Made by a program: the position numbers and the translations under genes. Shown piece after piece: positions 18,368 to 25,281 of a stretch of 25,285 nucleotides of DNA. The DNA comes from a virus (Duplodnaviria; Caudoviricetes). Where the stretch lies: positions 1 to 25,285 of the IMG/VR virus record IMGVR_UViG_3300032247_000307. One strand, given 5' to 3'. A model generated the notes under the pieces. It ran no database searches. It was given only the letters and a program-made list of their open reading frames with translations, and was not told where the DNA came from. How positions within the stretch are numbered: position 1 is the first letter of the stretch; every line of letters starts with the position of its first letter.

Positions 18368-18519
18368 TCGTCTGTGGTGATCTTTTCACCTAGGTGTGAT
18401 TTAATGACTCGCATAAGTTTACGCTCTGTATCGTAAACAAATTCTTTTTGTTCATCTTCGGTATTAACTACCAAAATAAAACCATTTGCGGCTCTGCGGA
18501 TTTCGAGTGATTCAAACAT
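18358..18519 (-). CDS. Small hypothetical protein (53 aa)
   Basis: MFESLEIRRAANGFILVVNTEDEQKEFVYDTERKLMRVIKSHLGEKITTDDQD; has its own consensus promoter. Not in the ORF track. Confidence 0.75.
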   Translation of the reverse strand: MFESLEIRRAANGFILVVNTEDEQKEFVYDTERKLMRVIKSHLGEKITTDDQD

Positions 18520-18546
18520 AAGTTGTCCAGTGTTAGTTGAACTGTT

Positions 18547-18575
18547 ATTTTAACAGATTTACACATTTGTGTCAA
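18547..18575 (-). promoter_or_regulatory. Sigma70 promoter
   Basis: TTGACA-17 nt-TAAAAT, with TGn extension. Confidence 0.75.
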
Positions 18576-19834
18576 TTGATAAAGGACATGTCCAGATCAA
18601 TAAATTGTCCGTGTATTGATCTATAATCCAGTACGGTGTTGCTATCACTGAGCACCTGACTAACATGTGCCGCAGAATTGTAATCGGGTCGTGCTCCGAT
18701 AATTAAATTATCTTCACCAACGATACCCGGTAGCTGGCGCAATATCTCACCTAGTTGTTGCTGCCATTTTATTCCACGTTCATCTAAAATTTTAAGTAAG
18801 GGCCCTTCAATTGACATATGAAACCCCCACTCACTTTGCTTATGGCACTGCCACATCTTAGGATCAAAGTATTGGTATAACAATTGTTTAATAGCGTCCT
18901 GAACATATCTAGACATTTTTAAATCAAATCTATCATGCAAACTTGTTGAACTAGAGTGTGCTTTATATACCAATGGATCTTGTTTGCATAGAATTAATAA
19001 CTCGTACCACCCACGGATGGCTAATTCGGGCAGATTGGGAGTCCAATAAAAAAACTCCCATGTTTGATTTTCTTGGTAACCCATGCTCTTTCGGGGATAT
19101 GCACATATACGTAATAAACCTTCAGGAAAGAATCCTAGAGCAGATTGCATATCGTTATGAATAATACATGGCTTGTCAATGCCTTGCAACACACACCCAT
19201 TTTTGTTACCAACGTCTTTTAATAGTTCGGGATGGCGTGATAATGTAATGTGCCTACCAAACCAAAATCCCGGCTTTGTCCGACTTTCCTTATACAGTGT
19301 TTCAATGTCACTATCTAAGTAAGCATTGATCGTAGTTTCGATCCACGGGATTTCGATTAATTTTGTATTGGGATTACGCGAACAAAATGCTCTAGCAAAC
19401 GGTAATGCCGCATACTTAATTTCGCTGTACCAATTTTCGGCTTCAAGTGAGTCTGCAGAAGTAACTGTATCTAACTCAGGAACTACATAGATTGCAATGG
19501 CATCAATATGAATTCCTTCTCTTTCAAAAATATTAAGTATATTTTGACTATCCCACCCACCGCTATATAGTACAGTAATATGTTCGTATTGGGCACGTAG
19601 TTGTCTAGCACGTTGAACATATAGAGTATCCAAACTCATATTTCTCCAAAGCCCCAAATCGTGTGCTTGTTTAAACACATCGTCGTAAAACTGCCACGTA
19701 ACTTTTTTATTGGTACGATTAGATTCTATAAAAGCTTCACTATTATTGTAGAATGTTTTATCACCTACATAATAATTACCAAAGGTTCCGTACATGACAT
19801 CACCGGTACTATCGGGAGTATTGGTCCAATTCAT
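18572..19834 (-). CDS. PP-loop (adenine nucleotide alpha-hydrolase-like) protein
   Basis: VLYSGGWDS PP-loop; RARQLR, GIDKP, EFFYWTP. Confidence 0.65.
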   Translation of the reverse strand: MNWTNTPDSTGDVMYGTFGNYYVGDKTFYNNSEAFIESNRTNKKVTWQFYDDVFKQAHDLGLWRNMSLDTLYVQRARQLRAQYEHITVLYSGGWDSQNILNIFEREGIHIDAIAIYVVPELDTVTSADSLEAENWYSEIKYAALPFARAFCSRNPNTKLIEIPWIETTINAYLDSDIETLYKESRTKPGFWFGRHITLSRHPELLKDVGNKNGCVLQGIDKPCIIHNDMQSALGFFPEGLLRICAYPRKSMGYQENQTWEFFYWTPNLPELAIRGWYELLILCKQDPLVYKAHSSSTSLHDRFDLKMSRYVQDAIKQLLYQYFDPKMWQCHKQSEWGFHMSIEGPLLKILDERGIKWQQQLGEILRQLPGIVGEDNLIIGARPDYNSAAHVSQVLSDSNTVLDYRSIHGQFIDLDMSFIN

Positions 19835-20670
19835 TTTATTTTAGAGTTAATTGATTTCTTAAAGCGGTTGACAATAGTATCATATTCAATGGAAGATCCA
19901 CCGATTGGGGCAGATCCCATTGTGGTAACAAACCATTGTTTAATATCAGGATGATGTATAATTTGATTTAGTGCTCTGTTAATTTCTTGTAATTTTTCAT
20001 CAGGAAAATTCTTAGCAACCGAATAACCAACTGCTCCAATTACTGGATTAAAATCAGCAATAACTTTGACCTTATCTTTATAGGTATACAACAGCGGATT
20101 AATACTAATAATACTGGCTAGATCAATTTCCTTTTGTAACAAAGAAGTAATGATTTCATTGTCACCTTTAAAGGGAATCAGTTGCACATCTTTGTCAAAT
20201 TTTGCTCCCACAAATAACGCATTATTGGTCGCATTGCTACTACCAACATTTAATTTACCCGTAACATCTTTAATTGACTTAATATGACTATCTGTTCTAG
20301 CCACAAGATAGTAATGTACTTTTAATATTGTTATTAGACTTTTGGTTTCGTTTAGTGGATTTAATTTTAATTCGGGTCGAAATATTGAACTAGCAACTAG
20401 AGAACTAGTCCCACTGGAAAATATAACGTTTGGGTTAGTTCGGCTTTCCTCAATAAACAACTGATATGCTACCATTTGATCAGCACCGGGCTTATTAATG
20501 ATTACAAAAGTATCGCCTGTGATCTTATTCACGTGGTCATATAATTTTCTAGTGTATACATCACTCAGGCTACCGGCTGGTACACCCATGTAAATTTTGT
20601 AGGTTTCGGCGTGGGATATATTAGACAGGACAACAAGTCCAAAAAGAATAGTAAACAATTTTTTGATCAT
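19831..20670 (-). CDS. Tripartite tricarboxylate transporter substrate-binding protein (TctC/Bug family)
   Basis: Signal peptide (MIKKLF...SHA-E), PAGSLSDVYTR, INKPGA, IPFKG, EIDLA. Confidence 0.8.
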   Translation of the reverse strand: MIKKLFTILFGLVVLSNISHAETYKIYMGVPAGSLSDVYTRKLYDHVNKITGDTFVIINKPGADQMVAYQLFIEESRTNPNVIFSSGTSSLVASSIFRPELKLNPLNETKSLITILKVHYYLVARTDSHIKSIKDVTGKLNVGSSNATNNALFVGAKFDKDVQLIPFKGDNEIITSLLQKEIDLASIISINPLLYTYKDKVKVIADFNPVIGAVGYSVAKNFPDEKLQEINRALNQIIHHPDIKQWFVTTMGSAPIGGSSIEYDTIVNRFKKSINSKIK

Positions 20671-20689
20671 GGATCAATTCCTATAGTAT

Positions 20690-20718
20690 ATTTTAACATA
20701 TTGCTAGTAGGATGTCTA
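20690..20718 (-). promoter_or_regulatory. Sigma70-type promoter for the TctC/PP-loop pair
   Basis: TAGACA-17 nt-TAAAAT, with TGn extension. Confidence 0.6.
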
Positions 20719-20813
20719 CACACGGTGTGGCGTTCTGAGCATAGTTGTTGTCAGTAAAGGGTCACTACCCAAGCGTCACTATTATACCGGCGTCAATGGT
20801 ATATTGGCGCTGC
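20717..20813. other. GC-richer structured intergenic element (candidate small RNA or binding-site array)
   Basis: Hairpins CACA/TGTG, GGGT/ACCC, TATACC/GGTATA and GGCGTCAAT/ATTGGCGCT; 11-bp direct repeat AAG(G/C)GTCACTA. Confidence 0.4.
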
Positions 20814-20821
20814 TATTTTAT

Positions 20822-21472
20822 TTATTCAGAGATTAACTCTCTAAAGTTTTCCATACAAGTTTCGTAAGATTCAAATGCCTTACTGAAATTAATAATCAAT
20901 GCATATCTCGGTCCAGTTACTCCCGTTACACCGTGAATATGATTATGATTAAAGGAATACCAGTTATGTTGTAGCATTATTTTAGAATCTACTTCAGTAA
21001 CATCTATTGGTCTCCAGACTGGTCCAAAAAATGGACCAGTATCACTATTATAAAAGCTAGTTTTGGCCGCACTCTCAGTGAGAAGATAGTACCAGCTAAC
21101 TTTTCGTGAAGTAGGTCCATTCCCATCATTATGTATAAAAGACCTACTAGGAAAATTATCAGCGGTTACTGCTTGTACTTCAAAATCAATACCAATTGGT
21201 AAACTAACTCCAATTTCGGTTCGTATTCTTTTCTCTAAATCCAAATCAATAATCTTTTTTATATGCAACGGTAATGAATTAAAATTATATAAAGATTTTA
21301 ATTCAGAAATTTTATTTAAAGAATCGGTATCATTTTCTAGTAAGGCTTTTTGTTCAAGACTCGAAATAGTTATACTAATAGCCACATCCTTAATAGTGTG
21401 AGCTTGCTTTAGTAAATCTAGATTGAGATGTTCGGACAATGAATGTAATTTAAGATGTTGTATAGGTTTCAT
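20822..21472 (-). CDS. Hypothetical cupin / Fe(II)-2OG oxygenase-like protein
   Basis: FIHND (HxD) ... WYSFNHNHIHGV...RYAL. Confidence 0.6.
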   Translation of the reverse strand: MKPIQHLKLHSLSEHLNLDLLKQAHTIKDVAISITISSLEQKALLENDTDSLNKISELKSLYNFNSLPLHIKKIIDLDLEKRIRTEIGVSLPIGIDFEVQAVTADNFPSRSFIHNDGNGPTSRKVSWYYLLTESAAKTSFYNSDTGPFFGPVWRPIDVTEVDSKIMLQHNWYSFNHNHIHGVTGVTGPRYALIINFSKAFESYETCMENFRELISE

Positions 21473-21474
21473 AC

Positions 21475-21993
21475 TTAGTCTTCTGCGTTGACTTGGGTTA
21501 CCGATATCCCCGAATTTTTAAGGAAATCAATCCCGGAATTATCCCTATAACCAGTACCAAAGAATACTCGTCTAATACCGCTTTGGTAGATAAGTTTGGC
21601 ACAGTCCAAGCAAGGAGCATGAGTAACAAAAAGATCCCCATCGAGACCAGACTCATTACTTCTAGCAAGTTTTGCAATGGCGTTGGTTTCTGCATGTAAT
21701 ACCTCAAGTTTGGTTTTTAGTCCGTAGCGTACATCACGTTGTGCTTCGGGATGAAATCCTTCATACGGATACTTGGCGTCAAACTCGTCTGGATCTAACC
21801 AGCCGCCTGCGCCCGAATCCCATACCACATCTTCGCAGTTGTTTTCCCAACCTGCTGGCATACCATTGTAGCCAATACTAATGATTCTATCATCTTTGAC
21901 AACAATGGCTCCAACATGTAATCTACGTGCATGACTGAGCTCAGCATAGTTGCGAGCTGTTGCCATGTGTGCTTTGATTAACTTTGGTTTCAT
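21475..21993 (-). CDS. dCMP deaminase (ComEB-like)
   Basis: VGAIVVKD, GYNG, HAETNAI, PCLDC zinc motifs. Confidence 0.92.
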   Translation of the reverse strand: MKPKLIKAHMATARNYAELSHARRLHVGAIVVKDDRIISIGYNGMPAGWENNCEDVVWDSGAGGWLDPDEFDAKYPYEGFHPEAQRDVRYGLKTKLEVLHAETNAIAKLARSNESGLDGDLFVTHAPCLDCAKLIYQSGIRRVFFGTGYRDNSGIDFLKNSGISVTQVNAED

Positions 21994-21999
21994 AATATT

Positions 22000-22073
22000 T
22001 GGAGCGGGATAGGAGAATCGAACTCCTTTAACTAGCTTGGAAGGCTAGGACACAACCAATATGCCAATCCCGC
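22000..22073 (-). tRNA. tRNA-Gly(TCC)
   Basis: Acceptor GCGGGAT/ATCCCGC, anticodon arm CTAGC-CTTCCAA-GCTAG, T loop TTCGATT, U73, encoded CCA. Confidence 0.95.
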
Positions 22074-22661
22074 TTATTTAAATCTTGGGCCTGCCACCCA
22101 ACCCACAAGACTATGTCGTGTACCTTGAGTAACTGGTTTAACTTCGTGTAGAGTATAACTGGGAAAGAATAATAACTTCCCACGTTCCTTGGGCATTACA
22201 GTTGGTTCTGGCCCAACGTGTAACATCAACTCTCCACCTTCGTATTTAGCGGGGTCACTCAACTGCAATACAAAACTCAGTTTTCTAAATCCTGCCATAG
22301 TTTCCCCGTTGTCTACATGGGCACGATAACACCCACTAACATCTTCATTGTACTCAGTAAACTGTAATGTTTCAATATGAGTTAAATCAAAATTAAATGC
22401 ATCCTTGTTTATGACCTGGATATTCCAACTTAATGTATCGTAAATCCAAGAAAAATTTGTATTACCGGGAACCCATCTAATAGTACTTCTTCGTATTTCA
22501 TTTTCTTCTCTTACTTCATTTTTATGTCCGATTACCGACGCAGTTTCTGCAGGTAATTCTTTACATGTATCAATTATATTATCTAGTTGTTCGTCCGTAA
22601 ACATGCCCGATCGCCAGGACCAAATACGTTGTTTATCGGTAGGTTGAAGTATCCAAGTCAT
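22074..22661 (-). CDS. 2OG-Fe(II) oxygenase (PKHD/prolyl 4-hydroxylase-like)
   Basis: YRAHVD, RKLSFVLQLSDP..YEGGEL, FPSYTLHEVKPVTQGTRHSLVGW. Confidence 0.9.
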   Translation of the reverse strand: MTWILQPTDKQRIWSWRSGMFTDEQLDNIIDTCKELPAETASVIGHKNEVREENEIRRSTIRWVPGNTNFSWIYDTLSWNIQVINKDAFNFDLTHIETLQFTEYNEDVSGCYRAHVDNGETMAGFRKLSFVLQLSDPAKYEGGELMLHVGPEPTVMPKERGKLLFFPSYTLHEVKPVTQGTRHSLVGWVAGPRFK

Positions 22662-22667
22662 AATTTA

Positions 22668-22743
22668 TGGTACATCCTGACGGGCTCGAACCGCCGACAT
22701 TCACGGTGTAAGCGTGACGCTCTACCAACTGAGCTAAGGATGC
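22668..22743 (-). tRNA. tRNA-Val(TAC)
   Basis: D arm GCTC-AGTTGGTA-GAGC, anticodon arm TCACG-CTTACAC-CGTGA, TTCGAGC, CCA. Confidence 0.95.
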
Positions 22744-22747
22744 AATT

Positions 22748-22824
22748 TGGTTGCAGGAGCTAGATTCGAACTAGCGGTCTCCAGGTTATGAGCCTAGCGG
22801 GATGACCAACTTCCCTATCCTGCG
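22748..22824 (-). tRNA. tRNA-Met(CAT), initiator (fMet)-like
   Basis: Anticodon loop CTCATAA, C1:A72 mismatch, purine11:pyrimidine24, A73, TTCGAAT, CCA. Confidence 0.9.
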
Positions 22825-22852
22825 ATTTATTTATAATGTTATTAATCCTGTA

Positions 22853-23317
22853 TCATTTATTAAATGACCATTTTACCACAATACCACCGGATGGTACATA
22901 TACTCCGGTAGATGCTACGTTGTAGTTTCCACAAATTTGAATCACTTCAGTTGTTTGATTACATAACTGCAAAAATGCTGTTGTTTTAGTGTCGCTCTGG
23001 ATACGAGTCTGATAATTATCAGCCACCCATATACCACCAGCTAGATCCCAGACGCCACTTCGATAAAAAGAGTAAGATGTTAACAAATAGTTTGAATACC
23101 GTGTCTCAACAAAACTGTTGCGGCCATGTATAAATCCAACTTTTACTCGATCAATTGGCTCATACTCAATGCCAACACCCCATACATTATCATTATGTTT
23201 TTCGCCATCGAAGTGCTGTGCAATAGTTCGAACTTGGAGATTTAAATCTCCTTGTGCAGCCATTGCAGAACTCGCTACAATTAGTGTAAAAATACAAAAC
23301 AGGATTTTTTTCATCAT
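22853..23317 (-). CDS. Secreted outer-membrane beta-barrel protein, PagP-like
   Basis: Signal peptide (..AMA-A), amphipathic beta strands, QHFD...HNDNVWGVGIEY...RNSF...SNY, aromatic C-terminal strand KWSF. Confidence 0.6.
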   Translation of the reverse strand: MMKKILFCIFTLIVASSAMAAQGDLNLQVRTIAQHFDGEKHNDNVWGVGIEYEPIDRVKVGFIHGRNSFVETRYSNYLLTSYSFYRSGVWDLAGGIWVADNYQTRIQSDTKTTAFLQLCNQTTEVIQICGNYNVASTGVYVPSGGIVVKWSFNK

Positions 23318-23356
23318 AACCTTAAAATGAGTTAATTACGTCTATCATCACAAAAT

Positions 23357-23621
23357 GCTCTGGCGTCCCTCGGCGGTAATTATATCGCATCAGAAATTTG
23401 GTCAGCAAGTTTTATCTCACCAATTAGTCTTTCATCACACACGACCTCCACCCGCTTCCCGACAGGGACCGTTCTCGTATTGCTAACGCCGGTTAGGTTG
23501 GACCGCACATACATCCATGTTCAATCATGGCTTCTGTGTGAAACTTTTCCGTTTCAGAACCACCCGTGCATGTCATTGCACTTCTCATCGTCTGGGTCAG
23601 ACTATCCAGTGACGCTGGAAC
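23357..23621 (-). ncRNA. Candidate structured ncRNA (~265 nt) immediately 3' of tRNA-Cys; possibly related to the GOLLD 3' domain
   Basis: Ends pair (GTTCcaGCGTC / GACGCcaGAGC), many internal helices, GC-richer than flanks, no credible ORF. The family assignment is a guess. Confidence 0.65.
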
Positions 23622-23625
23622 GTTT

Positions 23626-23703
23626 TGGAACACTGGGCTGGATTCAAACCAGCGATTTTACGGATTTGCAATCCGTTGCATTTGATCACTCTGCCACCAG
23701 TGC
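23626..23703 (-). tRNA. tRNA-Cys(GCA)
   Basis: Anticodon arm ACGGA-TTGCAAA-TCCGT, T arm GCTGG-TTTGAAT-CCAGC, U73, CCA. Confidence 0.9.
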
Positions 23704-23710
23704 ATAAACT

Positions 23711-23794
23711 TGGTGCCCCAGGGGAGACTCGAACTCCCACACCTCTCGATAACGGCTTCTAAGACCGTCGTGTCTACCATTCCACCACCAGGGC
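23711..23794 (-). tRNA. tRNA-Leu(TAG)
   Basis: Anticodon arm ACGGT-CTTAGAA-GCCGT, long variable arm, TTCGAGT, A73, CCA. Confidence 0.95.
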
Positions 23795-23800
23795 CGATAA

Positions 23801-24961
23801 TTACTTATCGTTTAAGCTGTTATTGTATGTGAATTCGATTTTACTGTCAACATGTTTTTTCATGATATTTTCAAAATCTTCAAGTTTTTCTGCTTTGGGC
23901 GCACAGTATCCACATATGCATCGTTCTTTTGCACATTGTATAACTGGCATCTTGTTTGAGTCAATATCTTTTTGCAACGTTTCTAGGATAGATCTGTAGT
24001 CTGCAATATTGCCAATTGGCCCAACTGTTCCATCTATACGCATACGACAATCTTTATTTAAAAATACATCGCCGGTTAATTGTCGTACAAACAAAAAATA
24101 CCAATTAACACTACAATACCAATTAGAAAAATCATTGGCTGGCATAAACGCAACCGGATTGGCCAACTCTTGATTACCACAGAGTTTGCGTCCCCCGCAA
24201 CAACTTCTACCAACATCCCCCACGGTTCCGGAGTCTACTAGATTCATTACATCTGCAATAATGTGCTGACTCTTGGTAGATGTTTTTGATTTGTAATATT
24301 TTTTAAAGAACATAAATTGTTCATTATTATACTTCCACTCGGGGGTAGGTCGATCATTGGCTTTAACAATATGTTTAATATTGTTTTGTTTACAAAATTC
24401 AATTGTATCTTGACTAATCTGCCATTTGCTGGGATCGTTATGCATAACAAACACTACCTTTTGATTTCGGCCAATGCTTTTATTATAAAGTATATTATCA
24501 CGAACCTGTTGATGCTGTTTAGGTAATGCCTCACTATGAAAGCTAATAGTAAATTCATCAATGAGTTCTGAAACTCGTTGCCATAAATTGACCCCGGCTA
24601 CTGCATTTGTAGTACAAGTAACTGTCAATGGCCAATCGTATTTTGTGTGACGTTCTCGTACCTGTTCAAGTATATACTCAATCTCGGGATGAAAAATGCT
24701 TTCGCCGCCGTATACATTAAGAACTACCATTCTCTGCCATTTGGGTTTCAACTTCATGTATTTGTCTGCATACTCATACATAAAATCAATTGTACGTAAA
24801 CACTCCTTTAGTGGAGGATGATTTGTGCTATTATCATGGCCTACGCCTACTGGACAATAACTACAGTCCAGGTTACACTTCATCGTAAGTTCCCAGTCTA
24901 ATAGAAAAGTTGGTCTATTAGATGGGTCAATTGCTGGTTCAATGGATATAATTTTTGTCAT
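23801..24961 (-). CDS. Radical SAM protein with Cys-rich C-terminal (SPASM/Twitch-like) extension
   Basis: CNLDCSYC (CxxxCxxC), GGE, TTN, SFHSE; C-terminal CC...C...C...C...CxxxxCxCxxC. Confidence 0.9.
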   Translation of the reverse strand: MTKIISIEPAIDPSNRPTFLLDWELTMKCNLDCSYCPVGVGHDNSTNHPPLKECLRTIDFMYEYADKYMKLKPKWQRMVVLNVYGGESIFHPEIEYILEQVRERHTKYDWPLTVTCTTNAVAGVNLWQRVSELIDEFTISFHSEALPKQHQQVRDNILYNKSIGRNQKVVFVMHNDPSKWQISQDTIEFCKQNNIKHIVKANDRPTPEWKYNNEQFMFFKKYYKSKTSTKSQHIIADVMNLVDSGTVGDVGRSCCGGRKLCGNQELANPVAFMPANDFSNWYCSVNWYFLFVRQLTGDVFLNKDCRMRIDGTVGPIGNIADYRSILETLQKDIDSNKMPVIQCAKERCICGYCAPKAEKLEDFENIMKKHVDSKIEFTYNNSLNDK

Positions 24962-24972
24962 GTTATTAATTA

Positions 24973-25254
24973 TCTATAAAAAGGTTGGACATATAAAATC
25001 TGCTTTTCAACCGCTGATCGTTGCATGGCAAGTAATTAACTCACTCACTAAGTAAGTTCAAACGGTGACATGCCGTAACCTCGCTTACTTGTTTCTTCAC
25101 GAATTCTTGGCCATTCACAACTTTAAAATCAATTTGCCGCCTCGGGGGTTCCCGATACTTAGGTCACGGGCTGCTTTTCTCAGGCAAGTTGTTGTTACTA
25201 GACCTCCAACAGGTATCAGATAGCTGCCTTGCTTATGTCCAACTTTTTTATAGA
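24973..25254 (-). ncRNA. Candidate structured ncRNA (~280 nt) closed by a 21-bp terminal stem
   Basis: Inverted repeat 24973-24993 / 25234-25254 (20 of 21 match), nested helices, no ORF; directly downstream of -10 and boxA. Confidence 0.65.
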
Positions 25255-25257
25255 CAA

Positions 25258-25269
25258 TGTTAAAGAACA
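25258..25269 (-). promoter_or_regulatory. boxA-like antitermination element
   Basis: TGTTCTTTAACA versus rrn boxA TGCTCTTTAACA (11 of 12), 6 nt downstream of TATAAT. Confidence 0.7.
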
Positions 25270-25275
25270 GCAATC

Positions 25276-25281
25276 ATTATA
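25276..25281 (-). promoter_or_regulatory. Sigma70 -10 box heading the ncRNA/tRNA region
   Basis: TATAAT; the -35 would lie outside the window. Confidence 0.55.

Noticed and set aside
20760-20813. Pistol or twister ribozyme (CCCAAGCGT)
   Set aside because: The required pseudoknot partner and conserved flanking elements were not found.
22828-22835. TATAAATA late promoter before tRNA-fMet
   Set aside because: Only 3 nt from the tRNA 5' end, so transcription would start at or inside the tRNA; may be chance in an AT-rich spacer.
23357-23621. RNase P RNA, tmRNA or group I intron identity
   Set aside because: No GAGGAAAGUCC-type P4 signature, no tRNA-like ends or tag ORF, and no interrupted host gene.
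23480-23707. 75-aa + strand ORF
   Set aside because: Antisense to tRNA-Cys and the structured RNA; its tail is the typical translation of a reverse-complemented tRNA.
103-24526. Numerous 60-128 aa ORFs nested in or antisense to longer genes (e.g. 103-306, 2088-2462, 4089-4430, 9954-10340, 16082-16399)
   Set aside because: Shadow frames with no recognisable motifs, overlapping well-supported genes.
24973-25254. MITE or IS remnant suggested by terminal inverted repeats
   Set aside because: No flanking target-site duplication, single copy, no transposase; nested helices and boxA context favour an RNA. Not fully excluded.
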